From: Actinomycetota bacterium
GTDB taxonomy: Bacteria > Actinomycetota > UBA4738 > HRBIN12
Assembly: GCA_036520695.1 (NCBI GenBank)
Contig: DATDJD010000095.1
Coordinates: 1-43,867, forward strand
Direction: 5' to 3'
Length of the DNA stretch: 43,867 bases
This document shows positions 9,258 through 16,678 of this stretch, piece by piece (within the stretch, counting starts at the first letter, position 1; the number at the start of each line of letters is the position of its first letter). The notes under the pieces were generated by a model, which worked only from the letters and a program-made list of their open reading frames with translations, searched no databases and was not told the origin of the DNA. A program made the translations under genes and the position numbers.

Positions 9258-9364
9258 TGGGCTTCAACTACCAACAGCCGGGCAAGGTCAAGAAGATCGA
9301 TCTGATCATCTTCGGCGTCGCGCTCGCGGTGATCGTGGCGCTGGTGCTGTGGGCGATCCTGTAG
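9257..9364 (+). CDS. 35-aa single-pass membrane peptide (below the ORF-track size cut-off)
   Basis: ATG 9257 shares its A with the upstream TGA (TGATG). The translation is MGFNYQQPGKVKKIDLIIFGVALAVIVALVLWAIL, followed by TAG at 9362-9364. By my count, 33 of 35 third codon positions are G/C, as in real genes here. It contains one clear TM helix. Confidence 0.55.
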   Translation: MGFNYQQPGKVKKIDLIIFGVALAVIVALVLWAIL

Positions 9365-9374
9365 GCCGTCGTCG

Positions 9375-9755
9375 ATGACCTCGGCATCGTCGGCGTTGGA
9401 TTTCTGCTACCTCACCACCACCGGGCGAGTGTCAGGCACGCCTCACCGCATCGAGATCTGGTTCGCCCTCCAAGACGACACCGTCTACCTGATGGCTGGA
9501 GACCGCGACCGCAGCGACTGGGTGCGAAACCTGATCGTGACCCCCGAGGTGACGCTGGAGATCGGAGACCGCAAGCGGGCGACGACCGCTCGCGTGGTTG
9601 CCGACGGCACCGAGGAAGACGCGCTGGCGCGCCGACTGCTCCTGGAGAAGTACGGCGACCGGCAGGGTTCGGGTGATCTGAACGTGTGGGGACGATCCGC
9701 GCTGCCGGTCGCGATCGACTGGCCGGTGGGCACCAGCTACACCTCGCTGGGCTAG
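9375..9755 (+). CDS. Deazaflavin (F420)-dependent nitroreductase/quinone-reductase family protein (DUF385, PNPOx-like split barrel)
   Basis: LTTTGRVSGTPHRIEIWF...VYLMAGDRDRSDWVRNLIVTPEVTLEIG matches the TTxGRKSGxxR...W(Y/V)xNLxAxPxVxV pattern of the Ddn/DUF385 family. Confidence 0.7.
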   Translation: MTSASSALDFCYLTTTGRVSGTPHRIEIWFALQDDTVYLMAGDRDRSDWVRNLIVTPEVTLEIGDRKRATTARVVADGTEEDALARRLLLEKYGDRQGSGDLNVWGRSALPVAIDWPVGTSYTSLG

Positions 9756-9769
9756 GGATCGCTGCCTGT

Positions 9770-10060
9770 TTAGCCTTCGTCGAAGCCGATCGAGAAGAGT
9801 CGCTCCAGGTCGTGTTTGGAGTAGACCTGGAAGCTGATCAGGGTCTCTGTCCGTTCCACGCCTTCGACCTTGGCGATGCCGCCTGGGATCACCGAGGCCA
9901 GATCCTGGTGATCGGCGACACGCACGATCGCGATGAGGTCGAACTCGCCGGCGACCGAATACACCTCGCTGACGCCGTCGAGTCCGGCGATGGCCTGGGC
10001 GGCCTCGGGGATCACATCGATCTCACACTGGATCAAGACGACTGCGTGGACGGTGCTCAT
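9770..10060 (-). CDS. Lrp/AsnC-type ligand-binding (RAM) domain protein without an HTH
   Basis: ATG 10060 (MSTVHAVVLIQCEIDVIPEAAQAIAGLDGVSEVYSVAGEFDLIAIVRV...VEGVERTETLISF) is preceded by AAGGAG. This is the typical AsnC_trans_reg fold. At 96 aa there is no room for a DNA-binding domain. Confidence 0.75.
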   Translation of the reverse strand: MSTVHAVVLIQCEIDVIPEAAQAIAGLDGVSEVYSVAGEFDLIAIVRVADHQDLASVIPGGIAKVEGVERTETLISFQVYSKHDLERLFSIGFDEG

Positions 10061-10089
10061 GACGGGTTGAGGGCTCCTTCCGGCGCCGA

Positions 10090-11262
10090 TCAGGCGCGCT
10101 CCAACACGACGGCCAACCCCTGGCCTCCTGAGATGCACAGAGTGGCCAGGCCCAGCTGCAGGTCGCGACGTCGCAGCTCGTAGGCAAGGGTCAGGATGAT
10201 CCTGGCTCCGCTCATCCCGATCGGATGGCCGAGGGAGATACCGCCGCCCTTGGTGTTGAGGCGCTCACGATCGAACTTCAGTTCACGCTCACAGGCGATC
10301 ACCTGGGCGGCGAACGCTTCGTTGATCTCGATCGCATCGAAGTCATCGATCGTGCAGCCCAACTGATCCATGACCTTCTGGGTCGCCGGGACGGGGCCGA
10401 TCCCCATGATCTCCGGCGGGACGCCGGCCCACGACATGGCGGTGACGACGGCGAGCGGTTGGCGTCCTTCGGCTCGAGCCCGTGACTCGCTCATGAGCAC
10501 CATGGCCGCGGCGCCGTCGGTGATACCACTGGAATTGCCTGCCGTGACGCTGCCGCCGTCGCGGAACACGGGCCTGAGTGCGCCGAGGGACTCCATACTC
10601 GACCGCGGGCGGACATGTTCGTCCGCTGTCACGGTGATGGTGTCTCGGCCCGCTGTGACGTCGAGCGGGGTGATCTCTTCGGCGCGGAGGTCGGCGCCTT
10701 CGACGGCTTTGCGTTGTGAGCCGAGCGCGAACTCGTCCTGCTCCTCACGAGAGATGTCGTAGCGATCCACCAGGTTCTCCGCGGTCTCACCCATGATCAA
10801 TCCGCAGAGCGGATCGAGGAGGCCGTCGCGATACATCGCGTCGACGACCTCGGTGTTGCCCAGCCGATGACCGCGCCGCATATCCGGCAGCAGGAAGGGC
10901 ACGCGGGTCATGTTCTCCATGCCGCCGACGAGCACGACCTCGGACTCACCGAGCATGATCTGCTGTGTCCCCAGCTGGGTGGCTTTCATCCCCGAACCGC
11001 ACGCGATGTTGACGTTGTACGCGCTGACCTCCAGCGGTACGCCGGCTCCGATGCTCACCTGGCGCCCGGTGTTGGGACCGTTGCCCGCCTGTCGGGCGTG
11101 ACCCATGATCGTTTGGTCGACCTGGCCGGGTTCGATGTTCGCCCGGCGCATCGCCTCGACGGCGGCCTTCGTGCCGAGTTCGACCGCGGGCGTGTCGGCG
11201 AACGAGCCCATGAACGCCCCGATCGGCGTGCGTGCGCCCTCGACGATGACCGCTCGCTCCAT
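10090..11262 (-). CDS. Acetyl-CoA C-acetyltransferase (thiolase II)
   Basis: The 390-aa ORF contains NIACGSGMKA (active-site Cys), NEAFAAQV and GGGISLGHPIGMSGARI...LCISGGQG. A TAGACT hexamer lies 6 nt upstream of the ATG and overlaps the stop of the upstream gene. Confidence 0.92.
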   Translation of the reverse strand: MERAVIVEGARTPIGAFMGSFADTPAVELGTKAAVEAMRRANIEPGQVDQTIMGHARQAGNGPNTGRQVSIGAGVPLEVSAYNVNIACGSGMKATQLGTQQIMLGESEVVLVGGMENMTRVPFLLPDMRRGHRLGNTEVVDAMYRDGLLDPLCGLIMGETAENLVDRYDISREEQDEFALGSQRKAVEGADLRAEEITPLDVTAGRDTITVTADEHVRPRSSMESLGALRPVFRDGGSVTAGNSSGITDGAAAMVLMSESRARAEGRQPLAVVTAMSWAGVPPEIMGIGPVPATQKVMDQLGCTIDDFDAIEINEAFAAQVIACERELKFDRERLNTKGGGISLGHPIGMSGARIILTLAYELRRRDLQLGLATLCISGGQGLAVVLERA

Positions 11263-11271
11263 ACGTCCAGT

Positions 11272-12963
11272 CTAGCCGTCGGTTCGTGCGGCCTCTGGGG
11301 TGCTCCGCGTCGCCCCCCGACGTTCGCTCCGTTGCGACCGATGTCGTTGGGCCAGTACGCGCGCGATCACGGCGCCGCCGTCGACAGGTTCGGCGGGCGC
11401 GACGTCGGCTCGAAGCACCGAACCCGGGTGACGCTGGAGCCATGAACGGACCGCCGCAAGTTCGTCGGCTCGGTCCCGGGAGCAGGGGAGCGAGAGCCGT
11501 GGATCACCACTCGGTCCGGCCGCCGTGAGGAGTGCACCGTGATCGAACCGCATGATCGAGCCGTCCGCCGTCGACACATCGAGGTGCCCGGCCCCAACGA
11601 TCCATGCGTCGTGACGATCGCGGTGGAGCGCCGTGGCAAGGGCGCCGAGTCGATCGCGGACCAGGGCCGCCTGTTCGTAGCGCTCTTGGGTCGCAAGGTC
11701 ATCCATCTGGCGTTCGAGCGCTTCGAGGAGCCCGCCCGGTGAGGCGGTCAGGGAGGAGACGAGCCCGCGGACGAGCTCTCCGTAGCGCTCGGGGTCGGTC
11801 CTGCCGTCGCACGGAGCGAGGCATCGGTTCATGTCCGCGAGGACGCACGGCGCGAACCGTGTCGTCCGGCGCATGGAGGCGGTGCATCGGCGGATCGGGA
11901 CGACGGATTCCAGCGCGTCCTTCACCTCTCGGGCTCGTGCGGCGCCGGCGAACGGACCGAGGTAGCGACAGCCGTCATCGGGTTTGACGGTGTAGACGAC
12001 CTTCAGACGGGGGTACGCCTCGGCCGGATCGAGCTTGAGGTACGCGCCCTTGCGCCACCCTTTGCCCCGACGGTTGTAGGGCGGCTCGTGGGTGCGGATC
12101 AAGCGAGCTTCGACGACCAAGGCCTCGAGTTCTCCTTGGCACTCGATGCCTTCGACCGTGTGGATCTCCTCGAGCAAACGCTCGACCTTCTTGCGCTCGT
12201 CGCCGTAGAAATACGATTTCACGCGCGTGCGAAGATCGTTCGACTTGCCGACGTAGAGCACCTGGCCCTCACGCCCCCGGAAGACGTAGACGCCGGTAGC
12301 GTGCGGCAAGGCGTCGGCCAGATGGATCTTGCCGAAGTTGGGTCGACCTTTCGCCCGGACCACCTCGTGGAGATCGCCGAGCGTGCGGATGCCGAGCCGA
12401 CCACCCAACGCCAGCAAGCCGTGCAGCACTTCGGCGCAGGCGTCGGCATCGTCGAGTGCGCGGTGGATGGGCTTCACGCGGGTCCGGAAGTACTCGGCCA
12501 GGGTGCGCAACTTCACGTTGGGTACGTCGGGCCACACGATCCGGCGGGCCAAACGGGCGGTGCACACCGGCGGTCCTGGCAGCACGGGGTAGTCCAGGGT
12601 CGCGAGGTTCTCGTTCAGGAACGCGAAGTCGAACCGGGCGTTGTGGGCGACGATCGTCGCCCCCCGCGCGAACTCCAGGAAGGCGGGCAACACCTGTTCG
12701 ATCGGAGGTTCGCGCGCGACGAGGCGATCGTCGATCCCGGTGAGGTGGGCGATGCGGGCGGGGATGTGTTCGCAGGGGTTGACGAGCGACTGGAACGACC
12801 CCAACCGTTGACCGCCCAGGTAGCGCACAGCGCCGACTTCGGTGATGCGGCTGTTCCGAGGTGAGCCGCCCGTCGTTTCAAGGTCGACGACGCAGAACTC
12901 GACCTGGTCCAGTGGCACGCCCTGGTCGAGCGTGGTCTGGATCGGTTCGGCCAGCACCGCCAT
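11272..12963 (-). CDS. DEDDh 3'-5' exonuclease (DnaQ-like) fused to a GIY-YIG (UvrC N-terminal-like) nuclease domain
   Basis: The Exo motifs are FCVVDLETTG, IVAHNARFDFAFL and HRALDDADACAEVL. They are followed by GVYVFRGREGQVLYVGKSNDLRTRVKSYF, a GIY-YIG motif. From memory, the architecture resembles mycobacterial Rv2191. The start is ATG 12963, or GTG 12957, which has better SD spacing. Confidence 0.85.
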   Translation of the reverse strand: MAVLAEPIQTTLDQGVPLDQVEFCVVDLETTGGSPRNSRITEVGAVRYLGGQRLGSFQSLVNPCEHIPARIAHLTGIDDRLVAREPPIEQVLPAFLEFARGATIVAHNARFDFAFLNENLATLDYPVLPGPPVCTARLARRIVWPDVPNVKLRTLAEYFRTRVKPIHRALDDADACAEVLHGLLALGGRLGIRTLGDLHEVVRAKGRPNFGKIHLADALPHATGVYVFRGREGQVLYVGKSNDLRTRVKSYFYGDERKKVERLLEEIHTVEGIECQGELEALVVEARLIRTHEPPYNRRGKGWRKGAYLKLDPAEAYPRLKVVYTVKPDDGCRYLGPFAGAARAREVKDALESVVPIRRCTASMRRTTRFAPCVLADMNRCLAPCDGRTDPERYGELVRGLVSSLTASPGGLLEALERQMDDLATQERYEQAALVRDRLGALATALHRDRHDAWIVGAGHLDVSTADGSIMRFDHGALLTAAGPSGDPRLSLPCSRDRADELAAVRSWLQRHPGSVLRADVAPAEPVDGGAVIARVLAQRHRSQRSERRGATRSTPEAARTDG

Positions 12964-12996
12964 CGCCTCCGTCGGAAGGGGCCGAACGGAAGACGC

Positions 12997-13025
12997 ACGT
13001 TATCGAACACCTGTTCGGATGTCAA
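12997..13025 (-). promoter_or_regulatory. Sigma-A-type promoter with a LexA (Cheo/SOS) box in the spacer
   Basis: The minus strand reads TTGACA (13025-13020), then the 17-nt spacer tCCGAACAGGTGTTCGA, then TAACGT (13002-12997). The spacer contains GAAC-N4-GTTC. The plus strand reads TCGAACACCTGTTCGG (13003-13018), matching 11 of the 12 defined positions of TCGAAC-N4-GTTCGA. The site lies about 35-60 nt upstream of the nuclease gene start. Confidence 0.65.
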
Positions 13026-13065
13026 GGTTGGACGGGTCGGGCGTCGTGACGAAGCTCACGCGTGG

Positions 13066-13677
13066 TCAACCTCGAGGGTAGAGCGCGTCTTCCACGAGCG
13101 AGGCCAGGAGCTGCTCCACAGCGAGGTGGCATTCCTGGATATGCGAGGTGATCGTGGAGGGGATCCGGACGGCGACGTCGGCGATGGGCGCCAGGGCGCC
13201 GCCCGACTCGCCGGTCAGCGCGATCGTCTTCATCTCCTGGCTCCGAGCCTGTTCGGCGGCACGGATCACGTTCTCGGAGTTGCCGCTCGTGGAGATGGCG
13301 ATCAGCACGTCACCGGCTCGCCCGAGCGATTCCACCTGCCTCGCGAATATGCCCTCGACGCCGAAGTCGTTCGCGATAGCCGTCAACAGCGAGGTATCGG
13401 TGGTGAGAGCGATCGCGGGGATCGACGGTCTGGGGTTGTCGATCGTGAGGGTGCTGACGAATTCGGTCGCCAGATGTTGCGCGTCCGCGGCGCTGCCCCC
13501 ATTGCCACAGATCAGCATCGTGGCTCCGACCTCCAGCGCATCCACGAGCACAGATGCGGCCGCCACGATGTCGTCCAGGCACGCATCTCGGGTGGCGGTC
13601 GCGGTGTCGGCCGTCCGTTGCAGGTAGCGCCCTGCTGCCTCCGCGAAGGCGTCCCGTGCTCCGGTGTCGGTGCTCAC
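13066..13677 (-). CDS. gmhA: D-sedoheptulose-7-phosphate isomerase (SIS domain)
   Basis: MLICGNGGSAADAQHLATEFVS...ISTSGNSENV are GmhA SIS motifs. The GTG start overlaps the gmhB stop (GTGA, 13674-13677). Confidence 0.88.
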   Translation of the reverse strand: MSTDTGARDAFAEAAGRYLQRTADTATATRDACLDDIVAAASVLVDALEVGATMLICGNGGSAADAQHLATEFVSTLTIDNPRPSIPAIALTTDTSLLTAIANDFGVEGIFARQVESLGRAGDVLIAISTSGNSENVIRAAEQARSQEMKTIALTGESGGALAPIADVAVRIPSTITSHIQECHLAVEQLLASLVEDALYPRG

Positions 13678-14258
13678 GCAGATGCCTCCCGTGTCCGCGC
13701 GGCTCCAGGCCCAGGAGCCACGATCCCCGCGATGATATCGACGGCTGCTGCAAGGTCCGCGACGACATGGTCGGCAATGGCCCCTCCTCGCGCTCGCTCG
13801 TGCGCTCCATGGCCCGTGAGGACGAGGATCGTCCTGGCGCCGATCGCTCGACCCATGCCCATGTCGCTGGCGTGATCACCCACGACGAAGGCTTCCGCCG
13901 GGTCGAAACCGAAGCGATCGGCAGCTTCCACGGCCATACCGGGCAGAGGCTTGCGACAGTCACACCCGTCCTCGGGCGGGTGGGGGCAGAACAGCACCGC
14001 ATCGACGGTGGCGTCCTGTTCGGCCAGCATCGAGCGCAACCGTTCGTGGATGCGAGTCAGCTGGTCGGGCGTCAGCAGGCCACGACCGACCTGCGCTTGG
14101 TTGGTCACGATCGCGATACCCAGGCCCAGCTCACGGAGTCGGCGGATCGCAGCGGCCGCACCCGGCAGCAACTCCAGTTGGTCGGGTTCGTCGAGGTGGT
14201 CGACTTCGACGTTGATGGTGCCGTCGCGGTCGAGCAAGGCGAACCGCCGACCGGTCAT
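13674..14258 (-). CDS. gmhB: D-glycero-D-manno-heptose-1,7-bisphosphate phosphatase (HAD-IIIA)
   Basis: FALLDRDGTIN (DxDGT nucleophile motif), VTNQAQVGRG, and the Zn-binding CPHPPEDGCDCRKPLPGM are present. The ATG overlaps the upstream stop (ATGA, 14255-14258). Confidence 0.88.
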   Translation of the reverse strand: MTGRRFALLDRDGTINVEVDHLDEPDQLELLPGAAAAIRRLRELGLGIAIVTNQAQVGRGLLTPDQLTRIHERLRSMLAEQDATVDAVLFCPHPPEDGCDCRKPLPGMAVEAADRFGFDPAEAFVVGDHASDMGMGRAIGARTILVLTGHGAHERARGGAIADHVVADLAAAVDIIAGIVAPGPGAARTREASA

Positions 14259-15301
14259 GTCCTGACCGGGGTCCAGGTTTCATCTCCACGACGCGCCCGC
14301 ACCCCGCTGGGGTCGAAGTCGAACGGCGCGAACTGCCCGCCCATGGCTTCCAGCGACGCTCGCACCTGCGCCCGGACGTCGGGTGAACATGCGATGAGCA
14401 AGTATCCGCCGCCGCCGGCGCCGCAGATCTTCCCTCCCGTGGCGCCGGCGCCACGAGCGACGTCGAGCATGGCGTCGATGGGGGTGTCGTCGGTGACGTG
14501 CGGGTTCATGCGCTTCTTGGACTCGAACGCGTCGCTCAACATGGCGCCCAGATCCTGCAGCTCCCCGTGCTCGATCACCTCGCGCATCGTGAAGGCCATC
14601 TCGACGAGTTGCTTCATGCCCAAGAGCGTTTCCTCGCGCCCTCGGCGGAACAGCTCGATCTGGGTGTCGATCAGGCCCACGTTGCGCCGTACGTTGCCCG
14701 TGTAGCACAGCAAGAGATTCCTTCGCAGGTCTTCCAGGCGAGATGGGTCGGCATCGACGGGGGACACACGTGTGCCCGCCGCGAGGAACTCGATCAGGTT
14801 GCAGCCGCCGAACGCCGCGGCGTACTGGTCCTGCCATCCACCGCTGATGGCGAGGTCGTCGCGCTCCACGGCATACGAGAGCTCGGCCAGTTCTTCTGCC
14901 GTGAGCGAACGGTCCTGCGTCATGGCCAATCCCGCGACCACGGCGGTCACCAGAGCCGAAGATCCACCGAGGCCGCTGCCTGGAGGAGCCTCGGATTCGA
15001 TGTCGACCTCGACGCCGATGTCGACGCCCATGCGTGCGATCGCCGCCTTGGCCAGGTCCATGACCCCGTCGTACTCGGGAGGCTCGTCCAGGTTGTATTC
15101 CACCAGGTGCCCGAGATCGAGCGATCGAACCCGCACCTGTCGATCTGCACGGGGTTCGATGCTCACACGGACGTAGTGGTCGATCGTCGCGGACAGGACC
15201 GCCCCGCCGTGCTGGGTGTACCAGTGCGGGAAGTCGGTGCCACCACCCACGAAACTGATCCGCAGGGGTGCGACAACGTGGATCCGGGTCTGTTCGGCCA
15301 T
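14255..15301 (-). CDS. hddA: GHMP-family sugar kinase, D-glycero-D-manno-heptose-7-phosphate kinase-like
   Basis: From ATG 15301 the protein reads MAEQTRIHVVAPLRISFVGGGTDFPHWY...PPGSGLGGSSALV...KICGAGGGGYLL, a GHMP kinase with the HddA-type N-terminus. The upstream part of track ORF 14255..15538 overlaps whiB in another frame. Confidence 0.8.
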   Translation of the reverse strand: MAEQTRIHVVAPLRISFVGGGTDFPHWYTQHGGAVLSATIDHYVRVSIEPRADRQVRVRSLDLGHLVEYNLDEPPEYDGVMDLAKAAIARMGVDIGVEVDIESEAPPGSGLGGSSALVTAVVAGLAMTQDRSLTAEELAELSYAVERDDLAISGGWQDQYAAAFGGCNLIEFLAAGTRVSPVDADPSRLEDLRRNLLLCYTGNVRRNVGLIDTQIELFRRGREETLLGMKQLVEMAFTMREVIEHGELQDLGAMLSDAFESKKRMNPHVTDDTPIDAMLDVARGAGATGGKICGAGGGGYLLIACSPDVRAQVRASLEAMGGQFAPFDFDPSGVRARRGDETWTPVRT

Positions 15302-15338
15302 GGTGGACCCGGTCAGTCTAGGTGCCCGAAGGCTGGTG

Positions 15339-15617
15339 TCAGGCGACCTGACGTTGGAGTCGCCGCCGCTGTTGTTCGGTGAGGCCGCCCCACACGCCGT
15401 AGCGCTCGCCGTTCTTGAGCGCCCACGCCAGGCATTCCTCTTTGATGCGGCATGTGTTGCAGAAGGTGAGCGCGGGACCGGCTTCTTCTTCGGAGATCGG
15501 GAAGAACAGGTCTGGGTCGATACCGAAACATGCTGCACGGTCTTGCCAGAAGTCCGGTGGTGAAGGATTCCTCGGTAGGAGATCGATGTCGACGTTCGGG
15601 AACCGTTCGATCCTCAC
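15339..15617 (-). CDS. whiB: WhiB-family Fe-S transcription factor
   Basis: The four Cys residues are in AACFGIDPDLFFP...FCNTCRIKEECLAWAL. GVWGGLTEQQRRRLQR gives the WhiB beta-turn GVWGG plus the basic tail. The GTG start is preceded by GGGGGAGG. Confidence 0.88.
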   Translation of the reverse strand: MRIERFPNVDIDLLPRNPSPPDFWQDRAACFGIDPDLFFPISEEEAGPALTFCNTCRIKEECLAWALKNGERYGVWGGLTEQQRRRLQRQVA

Positions 15618-15767
15618 GCGTTGCTACCTCCCCCTCGGATCCGCCGCGGCGGCAGTCTTCTCGCCGCGAAGGATGATTCATAACAGAGCGATGGCGCCCA
15701 ACGGAAGGGGTCGAAGGCACGCAATCTCTGGACCCCCGGGCGAGGGACAGGAAATGACCCGAAATGG

Positions 15768-16655
15768 CTAGTCCTGCGGGTGGGCAGGCTCGAAGCGAAG
15801 ACCATCGGGCGTCGTCAGCGACGCTTCACGCGAGGCCCAACCCACCCGGATGATGGCGACGGTCGTCCCTCCGGCAACCGTGGCTGCGCTCGTGACCAGT
15901 CCGACCTCGGTGCCGGCGTCGAACACGGGTGTTGCGGGTGCCACGACCCCTTCGGCTCTCCGGAAACGCAAGACGCTGGGAGGATGGCCGAGGTTGCGGA
16001 TCTTGGCCACCGATTCCTGACCCAGGAAGCAGCCCTTCGTGGTGTCGATGGCTTCGTCCAGGCCGACCTCGGCAGGGAGGGCACCCTCCGGGAAGTCGAT
16101 GCCCATGCGCGGGTCCCCTCGCAGGATCCGCCATCGCTCCAAGGCGGGGTCATCCACCTGCGCCAGGCCGGCAGTGGAGTCGTTCGCGGCCCACGGTGGA
16201 TCGGCGCCGTCGTGCGCGACCAGCACGTCGCAGCCCGGCCCCAGGAGCGAGGGACGCAACCCCGGTCCGTCGAACCGTTCGCCTGCCCCGCCGATCAGCG
16301 TCCATACCGAGTATCCGGCGCTCATGTCGGCGAGGCTCACGTCGGAGGAGAGCACGTAGACCGACAAGAGGTCGATCATCGCGCGAGGTTGTTCGCTCGA
16401 TTGCAGCAACCAGAATCCACCTGAGTCCCTACCCACCATGAAGTCGGCGCGGATCCGTCCCGTCGGGGTCAGGAGGAAGGAACGTCGGGCTTGTCCGGGG
16501 TCGAGGGATGCGACGTCGGTCGTGACCAGATCGTGGAGCCACGCCGCGGCGTCCGACCCCGTCACGCGCAGGATCCATCGTCCTTCGGATCGGGCGAATG
16601 CTCGTCCACCTTCGATCGCGGCGAGCTCATCTGCCGTTGCGTCCATCGTTCCCAT
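15768..16655 (-). CDS. ygfZ: Folate-binding YgfZ/CAF17-family protein (GcvT-like fold)
   Basis: The 295-aa ORF has a GcvT-like N-terminal region and the YgfZ signature TKGCFLGQESVAKIRNLG (K-G-C-[YF]-x-G-Q-E). Confidence 0.8.
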   Translation of the reverse strand: MGTMDATADELAAIEGGRAFARSEGRWILRVTGSDAAAWLHDLVTTDVASLDPGQARRSFLLTPTGRIRADFMVGRDSGGFWLLQSSEQPRAMIDLLSVYVLSSDVSLADMSAGYSVWTLIGGAGERFDGPGLRPSLLGPGCDVLVAHDGADPPWAANDSTAGLAQVDDPALERWRILRGDPRMGIDFPEGALPAEVGLDEAIDTTKGCFLGQESVAKIRNLGHPPSVLRFRRAEGVVAPATPVFDAGTEVGLVTSAATVAGGTTVAIIRVGWASREASLTTPDGLRFEPAHPQD

Positions 16656-16678
16656 CGCTCTGCGAGGATATCGACCTC

